Below the pieces are notes generated by a model, which worked only from the letters and a program-made list of their open reading frames with translations, did no database searches and was not told where the DNA came from. Of a stretch of 64,000 bases of DNA, positions 47,933-58,472 are shown one piece after another; the stretch's first letter is position 1; each line of letters opens with the position of its first letter. The stretch comes from Blepharisma stoltei ATCC 30299 (taxonomy: Eukaryota > Protista > Ciliophora): NCBI GenBank assembly GCA_965603825.1, contig CBFDEM010000058.1, positions 744,001 through 808,000 on the forward strand, in the 5' to 3' direction. The translations under genes and the position numbers were made by a program.

Positions 47933-50146
47933 ATGTCTTTAGCGGGACACATTCGAATTTTTCTTAGAGTTCGCCCAACTGAGCGACCATCTCGAGGAGT
48001 TTCCTTATCCGATGATAGCACCACCCTAGATGTTCACATCCAAAAAAGAGACGCCAGAGATTACGTAAACAATCAAAAAGAAGACTATAAATTCCAATTT
48101 GATGAAATTCTCCCTATGAAAACAAAGCAAGAAGAAGTCTTCGAAAAAGTCGCCAAAGAAATCGTGGACTCTGTGATGGAAGGATATAACGGCACAATCT
48201 TTGCATATGGACAAACTGGGTCTGGAAAAACTTATACCATTACAGGAGGCGCTGAAAGATATGCAGACCGAGGGCTGATCCCTCGTTCTATTTCTTATAT
48301 ATTTTCAGAAATGAGGAGAAAAACAGATGCAAACTACAGAGTCAGCATTTCTTACTTAGAAATTTATAATGATGATGGCTATGACTTATTATACGAAGAC
48401 CAGTCAGCTAGAAATCTGCATGACCTCCCAAAAGTAATCCACAGAGAAGACGCCAATGGAAATATAACATTAAGCAATTTATCATTGAGAAGGACAGACA
48501 CAGAAGAAGACGCCCTTAACTTATTATTTATAGGTGACACAAATCGTGTTGTCGCTGAAACTCCCAAACACGACGCCTCTACACGGTCTCACTGCATTTT
48601 TATTATACAAATTGAAGCCCAAAAGCTTGGCAGCGACGTAAAAACAGTTTCCAAGCTTCATTTAGTAGATCTTGCAGGATCTGAAAGAGTCGGAAAAACC
48701 AACGTTGACGGCGTTTTGCTTCGAGAAGCCCGCTTTATTAACCAATCTTTACATTACCTTGAACAAGTTATAGTATGTCTCCAGAAAAAATCACAAGGCG
48801 AACAGATTTTTGTCCCTTATAGAAACTCTTTTATGACTTTAGTATTAAGAGACTCTTTAGGAGGGAACTGTAAAACTACTATGATTGCTGCTATGAGCTG
48901 TGAAGAAGGGGACATGGACGAATCCGTTTCTACCTGCAGATTTGCCCAAAGGGTAGCTTGTATTAAAAATGAAGCTTCTAAAAATGAGCAGCTTGACCCT
49001 TCGTTGATTATACAAAGACTTAAAAGCGAAGTCGCTGAGCTTAAAGCAGAAATTAAGCTACTTAAAGGTGGAGAAGATGGAAGGGACCATTTATCAGCTG
49101 ACGAGCTAGAAGAATGCAGAAAAATGGTAGAGGAGTATGCAGAAAATCGAGACCCATATGCAAAATTAGTACTGAGTGATATGCTGAAAATAAATGAGTG
49201 CTTTTTGCATCTTAAAAGGCTTTATAATCAGCTGAAATCACAAGGGGGAAGCACCAAAGGAGGGAACTATAAGCAGATTGACCAAGTTTCTAATGAAGAA
49301 GTAGAAAGACTGAGACTTTTAGTACAGCAGAGGGATAATGAAATTGCTATATTACTAAGCCATTTAAATAAGCAAAAAAATGAGATGGGATCCCTAGTTT
49401 CTTTTCCTCAGCCAAGCTACTCAGAAGAAACCAAAGTCCCAGATTCTCCTCCAAAAAAAGTGGATATGAGCATGAGGATAAGGGAAAGAAATGCAGTAGA
49501 AAATCGGCAAAGCTTAATGGCCCCTACAAATATTGACGTCACTCCTGAGCAGCTGCAGGACAGGAATAAAGCTTTTGATATTTTCAGAAAAAGCTATAGG
49601 AAAAATGAAGCCATGGAAGAAAATAAAGCACTTTTGAAAGAAAAAATCCAGAGGGCAAAAGACTTGACTGTGATTATTAATGGAGCAAGAGGCAGGATTG
49701 AGTCAATAAAAAATGAAATAGAGCAGCTGAGGAAGGAAAATGCTTTGCAAGGACTTGTGGATAAAAATAATGTACCTTTAGAGCATCCCAGAGAAGAAGG
49801 AATGAGAAATCAGCTGGAAAGCGATAAACTGACTTATCGTGATGGTGTCGCTGAGTTGAAGGATCTAAAGGTGGAAATTGAAAGAATACAGAAATTGCTT
49901 AATGCGAGTAGAGAAAGAATGCAGGCTGATTTTGAAGCGTGGATACAAGTGATGCTAACTCAAACTAGGCAGACTCCGTCTACTACTATAAGAGACTCGT
50001 CAGTAAGAGACTCTGCAAGTATAAGGGAATCGTCAGTGAGAGATTCTGCAAGCATAAGGGAATCGTCAATTAGAGATCCAAGCGTAAATGACAACTTAGA
50101 AGCTTTTTATAAGGCTCGTGACCAAATTTATAATAGAATGAATTAA
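47933..50146 (+). CDS. KIF6: Kinesin-9 family motor, KIF6-like
   Basis: IFAYGQTGSGKTYTITGGAERYADRGLIPR, STRSH, LVDLAGSER, VPYRNS..T.VLRDSLGGNCKT. Confidence 0.88.
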   Translation: MSLAGHIRIFLRVRPTERPSRGVSLSDDSTTLDVHIQKRDARDYVNNQKEDYKFQFDEILPMKTKQEEVFEKVAKEIVDSVMEGYNGTIFAYGQTGSGKTYTITGGAERYADRGLIPRSISYIFSEMRRKTDANYRVSISYLEIYNDDGYDLLYEDQSARNLHDLPKVIHREDANGNITLSNLSLRRTDTEEDALNLLFIGDTNRVVAETPKHDASTRSHCIFIIQIEAQKLGSDVKTVSKLHLVDLAGSERVGKTNVDGVLLREARFINQSLHYLEQVIVCLQKKSQGEQIFVPYRNSFMTLVLRDSLGGNCKTTMIAAMSCEEGDMDESVSTCRFAQRVACIKNEASKNEQLDPSLIIQRLKSEVAELKAEIKLLKGGEDGRDHLSADELEECRKMVEEYAENRDPYAKLVLSDMLKINECFLHLKRLYNQLKSQGGSTKGGNYKQIDQVSNEEVERLRLLVQQRDNEIAILLSHLNKQKNEMGSLVSFPQPSYSEETKVPDSPPKKVDMSMRIRERNAVENRQSLMAPTNIDVTPEQLQDRNKAFDIFRKSYRKNEAMEENKALLKEKIQRAKDLTVIINGARGRIESIKNEIEQLRKENALQGLVDKNNVPLEHPREEGMRNQLESDKLTYRDGVAELKDLKVEIERIQKLLNASRERMQADFEAWIQVMLTQTRQTPSTTIRDSSVRDSASIRESSVRDSASIRESSIRDPSVNDNLEAFYKARDQIYNRMN
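49988..50083 (+). repeat. 33-bp coding tandem repeat (IR[D/E]SSVRDSAS) x~3
   Basis: Units begin at 49988, 50021 and 50054. Confidence 0.85.
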
Positions 50147-50393
50147 AAATATCAAAATTATATATAATACTTAGCAGATGGCTATTGCTTTAAGTTTGGT
50201 AAGCAATAATCTTAGTAAGTATTTAAGGCGTGGGCACACTTTTGATGTGATCTTATGCTCAGCCCTTCACTGCTCTCCTTAGAGACATGCTAACCTTGCC
50301 TGAAAAATCAATCCTTTGCTCCAGAATTTGTTAAACTGCTAAAAGATTGAGCTAAAGAATGCCTACAGTATGCTTAAACCCCGAGAGAACTAT

Positions 50394-50752
50394 GCAGCTG
50401 AGGAAGGAAAATCTTTGCAAGGGCTTGCGAATAAAAATATTATGCCTTTAGATCATCCAAAAACTAGAAAGTGGTAAAATAACTTATTGTGATGGCTTGA
50501 AGAGTTCAGATACTGTAAATACGATAAAGAAAGGATGTAAGCAGATTTTGAAGCTTGGACGCAAGTGATGCTTGCACAAGCTAGGCAGACTCCATCAAAC
50601 TTCATAAGTACTCCTCAGTAAGAGAGTCTGCAAAAAAGACTCTCCAAGTATAAGGGAACCGTCAGTAAGAGACTCTGCAACTGGAAGAGAATCGTAGAGT
50701 AGAGATCCAAGGATAAAAGGCTTGTTACCAAATTTATAAACGAATAAATTAA
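50394..50752 (+). pseudogene. Degenerate direct duplicate of the kinesin 3' end
   Basis: gcagctgaggaaggaaaat..ttgcaagg, gattttgaagc.tgga..caagtgatgct, ctaggcagactcc and the SVRDS repeats match about 49723-50150, with deletions and stops. Confidence 0.88.
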
Positions 50753-50930
50753 TAAATAATATAAAATTATACCTATTTTAATGTTTATTTTTTATAATTA
50801 ATTAATGCCAAAACAATAAATAAAAAATCCACATAAGGTCAGAAAATGCACCTTTATGAGATTTAGCTAAGACTTAGATTATATGTAACTCAATACCTTA
50901 AAAATATTTTGTGAAATAAACTAAATTTTA

Positions 50931-52625
50931 TTAAAAGGTCACTTTCTTTCCTTGGAATGCCTGAATTGATCCTTTTTGTTTTGCATTATCCCTAGGTGGG
51001 GCAGCTCTTGGGCCTCCAAACCCTCTAGGTCCTTTTTGAGGTGAACTTCCGCCTGATTTATTTCCTGCATAATCCACCCTGATTGCTCTTCCATCAAGTT
51101 CGCTTCCACTCAGCTGAATGGCTTTTTCAACTCCGTCAGGAGCGAAAAACTCAATGTGAGCGAAACCTTTGAGATTTCCTCCAGAGTCCATGGCAACTCT
51201 TACGCCCTTGATTTCTCCACAAGTAGAAAAGAATTGCTTAATGGATTCTTCTGTCGAGCTATAAGAAAGACTACCAACAAAAACGGTGGTTGAGTTGTCT
51301 TGGCTTGGTCTTGCCCCAGCAGTTCTTGGGCCTGTAGGCTTGTCACTTGACATGTTGACTCTGAGGGTCCTTCCCATATGTTGTGTGCCGTTTAGCTCTA
51401 GGGCTTTGTTTACAGCTTCTCCATCAGCGAAATTCACAAATGCGATGCCTTTTGAATTTCCTGATTGGTCGTAGAGAAGTCTAAGTTCTGTGATTTCTCC
51501 ACAGCTTGAAAAGTGGTTGCGTAGGTCGTCTTCGGTAGCTTGGTATGATAATCCACCGACGAAAACTTCTGTTTCTCCGGTTTCGTTAGCTCTGGCTTGT
51601 TTGGCTGGGAATGTGACGGTAGGGGCTTCGTTTACTTTGCGCTTTAAGTCAGAAACTGGCTCTGCAGCAACTGGGGCACGTTTGGTTGGCTTGCCATTTT
51701 CTTCATCACTGTCTTCAGATGAGCTGTCTTCAACTTTAGCTGTCTTTTTGAGGGTTTTTGAGGCTGGAACTTTGACCTCTTCTTCACTTTCAGACTCACT
51801 TGAGCTTACCTTTTTAGCTGCAGCCTTTTTGCCTGGGGTCGGCTTTTTGACTTCTTCTTCACTTTCAGATTCTGACTCGCTTGAAGCTGGTTTTTTAGCT
51901 GGCTTCTTTGCGGCTGAGGCTGGCTTTTTTGGTTTTTCTTCCTCACTTTCGCTGCTGCTGCTGGCTGCTTTTTTTACAACTTTTTTGCCTGGGGTTGGCT
52001 TTTTGACTTCTTCTTCGCTTTCGCTTTCAGAAGAAGCTTTGGCTGGCTTTTTAGCAGGGGTTGGCTTTTTGACGTCTTCTTCGCTTTCGCTTTCAGAAGA
52101 GGAAGCTTTGGCTGGTTTTTTGCCTGGAGTTGGTTTCTTTACCTCCTCCTCACTTTCGCTGGATGAATCTTTTTTGTTGGTCTTTTTAGCTGGTGTAGGC
52201 TTTTTAGCTTCTTCTTTAGGTTTTACTTCAGGTTTTTTGGCTTCAGCCTTGCCTTTAGCTGGCGTCGCTTTTTTGGCTGGCTGCTTTACGTCTTCTTCAC
52301 TTTCTGAGCTGGATTCTTTTCCTTTTTTCACGACTTTTTTAGGCTTGGTGTCTTCTTCGCTTTCTGAGCTGGATTCTTTTTTGCCTTTTTTGGCAGGTGT
52401 TGGCTTCTTTGCAGAAGTTTTCTTGGCTTTTTCAGCTTCAGAGTCGTCGGAAGATTCTTCGGAGTCAGATAATTGCTTTTTTCCTTTTGTTTGAGCTTTT
52501 CCTTTTATGTCTTTCTTTGAGGCGGAAGTGAAAACTGGGCCTTCGTTTTCAGAGCTTTCTTCAGAAGACTCCTCTTTTTGGAGTTTAGCCTTCTTTTTGC
52601 TATCAACGATTGCTTGTTTTCCCAT
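50931..52625 (-). CDS. Nucleolin/Nsr1/Gar2-like protein
   Basis: Repeated acidic-serine/basic blocks (SSESESEEEVKKPTPxKK), two RRMs, short G/R-rich segment and C-terminal GSIQAFQGKKVTF. ATG 52625 preferred. Confidence 0.9.
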   Translation of the reverse strand: MGKQAIVDSKKKAKLQKEESSEESSENEGPVFTSASKKDIKGKAQTKGKKQLSDSEESSDDSEAEKAKKTSAKKPTPAKKGKKESSSESEEDTKPKKVVKKGKESSSESEEDVKQPAKKATPAKGKAEAKKPEVKPKEEAKKPTPAKKTNKKDSSSESEEEVKKPTPGKKPAKASSSESESEEDVKKPTPAKKPAKASSESESEEEVKKPTPGKKVVKKAASSSSESEEEKPKKPASAAKKPAKKPASSESESESEEEVKKPTPGKKAAAKKVSSSESESEEEVKVPASKTLKKTAKVEDSSSEDSDEENGKPTKRAPVAAEPVSDLKRKVNEAPTVTFPAKQARANETGETEVFVGGLSYQATEDDLRNHFSSCGEITELRLLYDQSGNSKGIAFVNFADGEAVNKALELNGTQHMGRTLRVNMSSDKPTGPRTAGARPSQDNSTTVFVGSLSYSSTEESIKQFFSTCGEIKGVRVAMDSGGNLKGFAHIEFFAPDGVEKAIQLSGSELDGRAIRVDYAGNKSGGSSPQKGPRGFGGPRAAPPRDNAKQKGSIQAFQGKKVTF

Positions 52626-53424
52626 CTCAAATATTATTTGTGGCCACACATATGTCCCCAAAAAATGGTATTTTAGGTATCTAAAGTGAAAGATCGCTAT
52701 AGAGCAATAACTTCATAATTCTTTTAAGCCTTAAACTTTATAAAAACTCGAGTTATTCCAGCTAAGTTTTATATGCATATATTTTAGACTGATTGATTAT
52801 GAAAAGACAATAATTTTTTATTTATAAGCCAAGCTATATCAACTTTAAAATAATTTTTTTGCCAGTTGAAGATATAAGGATTTAACTTTGACTAGATAAG
52901 AAATTCATCTGTTTTCATCTAAAAAACCCTATAAACTTTTTTAATACAAAACTCGATATAAAGCCACTTTTTAAATATTTACTCAATGAAAAATTCGTAA
53001 GGGATTCCAAAGATTATTAAATTTTCAATCAATTTTATACATATCCTATCAAGGATACAAAAAAATTGCTATGATTTATTTTAAAAGCCTCAGATATCTT
53101 AAGGCTATTTATTAGACAAAATAATTGACTTGCTAAAATAAAAACATACACATTTTTATTAATATTTAGATAGATATCTAAAATAGTCCCCATCAATCTA
53201 TGTGTTAATTTACAAAAAACAACTAATTAAAAGAAAATTATTTAGAGAGTGATATTAAGGTATGATTATGCTCGATCCTATCGTATAAATCAACATCGAT
53301 ATTTTAAAATCATTAATATTGATGCTAAAAACATAATTAAAATTGCTAATTATTTTAAAAAGGCTTTAATAAGTACTTACAATATCTTTATTTTAGATAT
53401 TCTATTGTGTCTTTTATCATACCC

Positions 53425-54471
53425 TTATCTAAATTTTCTATTTAGCGTTGACTCCAAAACATCTTCCATAGTAATTATCCCAATAATTCTTTTACCATCA
53501 CTTTCAGTCACAAACGCCATATGCCTATTCTGCTTCTGAAACATATTAAAAACCTCTAAAATCGTGGCTTCTTGCCCCACAAGCATAACCCGCTTTAATT
53601 TTACCCCAGAATTTTCTATAGTACAATTTTCATCAACCCCTACTAAATTTTTCATCAATAAAACTCCCATAATTTCCTGGGGATTATTTTTATAAAAAAC
53701 AGGGACCCTTGAATACCCTTGCCCTGTAATATTTTTCAAAGTATTCCTCGTCAATACTAAATCTGAGGACAAGCAATAGGCTTTATTAATATCAATCATA
53801 TAAGACTTCACTAATTTTTTCTTCATATCAATTGCGCCGTTAATTATATTAATTTGGCCTGGAATAAAAGAATCTCTATAAGATGAGCTTGAATTTAGTC
53901 TGATAATGGATTTTAAATGGTCATTGTCTAAGCTTTTGCTGTGATTCAAGCCTAATCATCAATCTAATAGCCAAGCAGAAGGCTTACTGATAGGGTAAAA
54001 AATGTACATAAGGATTTTTACTATTGGAACGGATTTACTGGCAAGGTAAAATTTTTTAGGTCCAGTCAGGATTGACATAGGTAGGACTTCTCCAAATATA
54101 AAAATCAAGAAAGTGCTTAAAATAACAGCAATGATTCCACAAGTCATATAGCCAAGGATAATAGGAAGAGCTTCAGTCGCTAATGCGTTAGAAAGCAAAA
54201 GGGTAACTAAAAGCCAATGGTGCTGGGAGATGACTGGTAATAGCCTTTTAGCCTGTTCTCTTTCTTCTTGAAAACCGACTGCTAATTTTAGATAAAGGTC
54301 ATTTTCGTCAATTCCCATTAGGCCTACTGTTAGTCCTGACATAAAGCCTGCAAAAAGAACTAAAGAGACTGAGATAAAACAATACAAAGCATAATCGCCG
54401 AATGCTAATTGTACGTCTTCTGTTTTCTTGTCAATTGAAATACCTGCTACAAATAAAAGAACTGAAATCAT
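53425..54471 (-). CDS. CNNM/DUF21-CBS metal (Mg2+) transporter family protein
   Basis: LVLFAGFMSGLTVGLMG, HWLLVTLLLSN, IFGEVLP, YPISKP.AWLLD-W(TGA 53959), GYSRVPV, GIITMEDVLE. Confidence 0.9.
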
Positions 54472-54863
54472 CAAGGAAAATTAGATAAATAAATAATTTT
54501 ATTGTCAAAACAAGCGCTTTAATAGAATATGGTCTGCAGATTAAATTTCTATTTAGCACCAAAGTTGTTTCATTTTAAAAATATATTACTTTTAATTATT
54601 TGTATTATTTACATCAATTCATTTCTCTTTCAAAAATCATATAACAAATTATTTTTCCGATCAGATAAGAGCTTTTGATTATAAATACAAAGCATTATTT
54701 ATATGAATAATATGATAAGATATAATTGAATTTGAAATACAACAAAAAAACATAAATTGCTAACCTAAATTTTGCGAATTTTTATTATAATAATTAAATT
54801 CCTTAGCTAAACCCCTTATCTTTATTTTAATATATTCTTATATGAAATATCAATGTCTTAAAA

Positions 54864-57428
54864 ATGGATCGAAAATCATGCTCAAAAGATTACGAAATTC
54901 TTAATAAGCTTGGTCAAGGCAGTTTTGGTACAGTTTACAAAGTTCGGAGAAAGTGTAATTTTTATGCAGCTGATAGAAGCATTTATGTGATGAAGTCCAT
55001 AACCATTTCAGGGTTGGACCGTAAAGGTCAGCAAGAATCAATCAATGAGGTCAGAATTTTAGCTTCTTTAGACAATCCTTATATAGTAAAATACGTTGAC
55101 AGCTTTATTGAAGAAAAGACAATGCACATTATCATGGAATTCTGCGACAAAGGCGACTTAGGGCAACACTTAAAAGCCCAGATGGGAAGAATGATGCAGG
55201 AGCCAAAAATTTGGAAATTTTTCATCCAATTATTGATAGGACTCGAATATATCCACTCCAAAAAGATTCTGCACAGAGATATCAAGTCAATGAACTTCTT
55301 CCTCGCCAAAGAAGATTCAATTAAAATTGGAGACTTAGGAGTCGCAAAGGTATTGTCAAGCACAGTAGCCTTTGCGCATACTATGGTAGGAACGCCTTAT
55401 TACTTATCACCAGAGCTGTGTGAAGAGAGGCCATATAATGTAAAAAGCGATATGTGGGCATTAGGATGTGTTTTATATGAAATGTGCAGCTTGAGACATC
55501 CTTTTGATGCACCTAATCAAGGTGCATTAATCTTAAAAATTATAAGGGCTAATTATCTGCCAATAAGCACAAATTACTCAGCTGAACTAAGAGAAATGAT
55601 AAGCTTATTGCTAAGCAAAGATTATAAGAAAAGGCCTTCGACTACAACTATACTAAAGCGGCCTGGGATGAAAGAAAGGACTATTGGGCTAAATATTGAC
55701 ATCCCTGAAGGGTGCTCGCTATATGAATCACAGATCCTTATTAATAAAGAGCCAAGAGTGGCAGAAAAAGAAGAAGAAAAAGCTAAGCCTCAGCCGGCTG
55801 AAAATATAAGCAATGAAAATGATAAAAAGAAGCCGGCAGCCCAAAAGCAGGCTTTAACTAAGCCACAGCAACCAATAGTTAATAAGTCTCCAAGCCAAAA
55901 AATTGAGCCTAAGTCTGTCCCTTCTCCTCAAAAACCAAAAGAAATCCCAAAGCAAGTTTCGCCTCCTAAAGACCAAATAATAGTCCATTCTCCTCTTGAA
56001 GTCCACAAAGTATCACCCCCAAAAGAGCAGCCAATAGTCCATTCATCTCCTTTTGAAGTCTATAAAAAAGCTCCAGCCCAGCCTAATGAAATTCATAAAC
56101 AAATTTCTCCTCCAAAAGACCAGCAAAAAATCAATCCTCCAGAAATTCATAGACAAAATGCAGTTCATAAAGACCAAGCCCCACAAGAAATCCCTGTTTT
56201 TAAGCTACAAAATGAATATAAGCCAGTTGTCCAAAAAATCGACTGGCCAATTTCCAAAAGTCCTGCCCCAAAAGTAGAGCCAGTTGCAAAACCAACTCCA
56301 AAACAAAATATTTCAGCACAAAAAATTAACCCAAAGCCAGCTCCAAGTCGACCTAAAAATCAGCCAGCCCCCCAGCGTATCAGAAAAGGAGCACCTACAA
56401 GCCTAGCTCTTTATGCCCAGCGGCAAAAAATCATAAAACAAGGCGTCCCGTCCTCACAAGCTTTTCGGCCTCCAGCTCGGCCAAAATACTCCAAGCCAAA
56501 ATCCACGAATTTTTCCCAAGAAGAAATCGACGAAATCCGAGAAGTTGAAAACCTCCCAGACACCCCTAAAAAAATCAGTGTCCAAGACCTCAGAAACCTT
56601 GAACTTCCTCGAGACCATACCATAAAAACTCGAAATAAAAGCTTTAGCACCGCAGATGAGTCAAAAGTTAACGAAACTTTCGAGCCTGAAGACATAGAAT
56701 CCAGTCTAAATGACGTAGAAGAAAGGCTTGTTTTTGAGACCTGCTCAGACAAAGAATCATATGGCTCAAACAGTTTTGAAGAAGAAAACGGAGAAGAATT
56801 AATAGAAAACGGCAAAGAAGAAGCCAAAGAAATAGAACCAGATACCAATACACTAGGATCAGCAGATTGGAATTACTCACGAACTGAAAAATTCCCAAGC
56901 GCTGATATGACGACTGCAGATGAAGAGGAAAAAATTCCTGTTGTAGAAGCTGCAGAAGAAGAATACAAAATAAATTACATGGAAAAATCAAATTCTCCAC
57001 AAAATTCTGACAGTGAAGACCTTTTTTATGATAAAAGTAGCAGCGATGAAGGTCTTGAATGGATTGAAGAGGACGAACAGGAAAATTTAGAATGCACAGT
57101 AGAAGCTTTACAGTTTAAACTGTCAGAAGTACAGAGAAAAGAAGCAAATTTGCAAAGACAGCTTGGACTGAAGCGAAAAGAAATCATTGACAGAATTGGG
57201 GATGAGCTTTATAATGAGTTTTACGAGCTTTTCAGAATGGGGATTAAAAATGAAGACAAATTAGAAGAAGAGGAAACTAGCAATTCAGCCCTAGACCGCT
57301 TTGTGTGTACAAGACTGAACGTAGAAGACTCTGACCTGATATTTGTGATGTATAAAATACATAACCTAGAGCTTGATATTGCGCAGTGTCAAGAAGCTAT
57401 AAGCAGCATAAAATTTGAATTAATATAA
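54864..57428 (+). CDS. NIMA-related kinase (NEK) with long P/K-rich and acidic tail; probable in-frame 15-nt intron
   Basis: GQGSFG, YVMK, HRDIKSMN, GDLGVAK, VGTPYYLSPE, YNVKSDMWALGC. Confidence 0.93.
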   Translation: MDRKSCSKDYEILNKLGQGSFGTVYKVRRKCNFYAADRSIYVMKSITISGLDRKGQQESINEVRILASLDNPYIVKYVDSFIEEKTMHIIMEFCDKGDLGQHLKAQMGRMMQEPKIWKFFIQLLIGLEYIHSKKILHRDIKSMNFFLAKEDSIKIGDLGVAKVLSSTVAFAHTMVGTPYYLSPELCEERPYNVKSDMWALGCVLYEMCSLRHPFDAPNQGALILKIIRANYLPISTNYSAELREMISLLLSKDYKKRPSTTTILKRPGMKERTIGLNIDIPEGCSLYESQILINKEPRVAEKEEEKAKPQPAENISNENDKKKPAAQKQALTKPQQPIVNKSPSQKIEPKSVPSPQKPKEIPKQVSPPKDQIIVHSPLEVHKVSPPKEQPIVHSSPFEVYKKAPAQPNEIHKQISPPKDQQKINPPEIHRQNAVHKDQAPQEIPVFKLQNEYKPVVQKIDWPISKSPAPKVEPVAKPTPKQNISAQKINPKPAPSRPKNQPAPQRIRKGAPTSLALYAQRQKIIKQGVPSSQAFRPPARPKYSKPKSTNFSQEEIDEIREVENLPDTPKKISVQDLRNLELPRDHTIKTRNKSFSTADESKVNETFEPEDIESSLNDVEERLVFETCSDKESYGSNSFEEENGEELIENGKEEAKEIEPDTNTLGSADWNYSRTEKFPSADMTTADEEEKIPVVEAAEEEYKINYMEKSNSPQNSDSEDLFYDKSSSDEGLEWIEEDEQENLECTVEALQFKLSEVQRKEANLQRQLGLKRKEIIDRIGDELYNEFYELFRMGIKNEDKLEEEETSNSALDRFVCTRLNVEDSDLIFVMYKIHNLELDIAQCQEAISSIKFELI
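54955..54969 (+). other. Stop-free in-frame 15-nt intron GTAATTTTTATGCAG
   Basis: Matches the intron consensus (A at position 10). Removal converts VRRKCNFYAADRS to NEK-typical VRRKSDRS. Confidence 0.85.
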
Positions 57429-57437
57429 TATTTAGTA

Positions 57438-58472
57438 TTATGAAAAGCTATTCAGCCTTGGTTTTTTCGTACATACTAAAACTTTGTCAACGTCAAATCC
57501 ATTTAATTCTCTCGGCAGAGGAGACACCTCAATAATGTCACAAGCCCATTTGTCAGGACTGGAAGGACTCATCAGTTCTTCAATATGCTCAGTTGGGACC
57601 TCTACTTCGTCTTGGCAAGGAGAAGCCAACGCTCTTAAGGCATTAATTACGTCAGGCATAATGGGCACGTCTTCTTCGCTTTCTTCCACAAAATCAAAGC
57701 GGCTGCTATCTTGTTCCACATCTCTTGAATAAATTCTTGGCCTTGCTAATTTCACTGGCGTCAAAGTAAAGGACTCACTTGCTGCTCTTTCTCTGATAAC
57801 TCTGGCAATCGGCAATTTGTAGCATCCATCAGGAGGCAGAATCCTTATACCAAGACAGTCCAATTTGGCATGTTTAGGCTGTATGTGTCTGTTTTGTGGC
57901 ATCGTGTCTCTTGCTAATGTGTCATAATCTGGAGCTAGCTTGTGCAGGTATAAACAGTCAGGTTTTGCACAAGCTCGACCTCTTAAAAAATAAGTGCAGT
58001 ATTTTGTAGTTCCATAAGTTGCAGTTAATTTTTTCCCGTCTAATTCAAAACCATTGCAGGCTTTAATACATATTGCAGCTTCTTCATCTGTAGAGAATGT
58101 GACATGAACCCCATAGCTTGGGCCGTTTGGGGTGTTTGTGTAAGCAGTGCCTTTGTTAATTACGCATTTTTTGATTCTTCCATACTGTCCAAAGTATTCT
58201 TGACTTCTCAGCAATTCTTCGTCAGCTGTAGGAGCTGGGAGATTGATTATGTAGACCAGGTTACTTTGTATTACACGAGCTTTCGCCATCTCGTCTATAT
58301 CTTGAAGAGGGATTTTCGGCAAATTTGTAGTCCTGAGTAAGTCTTACGGTTTGTCAGGTGAAGTTGTGTTTGAAATTTTGTAAGGAGAAAGACTTGATGG
58401 GTTTTCACCCTTTTTGGTTGAGATTGTTATGGGAGAAACGTTAAGGTTTCGGGTCTTTTTAAGAGGTTCCAT
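57438..58472 (-). CDS. NOT4/CNOT4-like RRM + C3H1 protein lacking the N-terminal RING; 2 exons
   Basis: RVIQSNLVYIINL...EYFGQYGRI.K...ATYGTTKYCTYFLRG..C.KPDCLYLH. Exon 1 from ATG 58472 is low-complexity and has no Cys. Confidence 0.85.
58333..58347 (-). other. 15-nt intron GTAAGACTTACTCAG
   Basis: GT-AG, A at position 10, removes an in-frame TAA. Confidence 0.85.

Noticed and set aside
53249-53539. 96-aa plus-strand ORF (also 33005-33223, 41845-42027)
   Set aside because: These are AT-rich spacer or antisense overlaps with better supported genes and have no domain signal.
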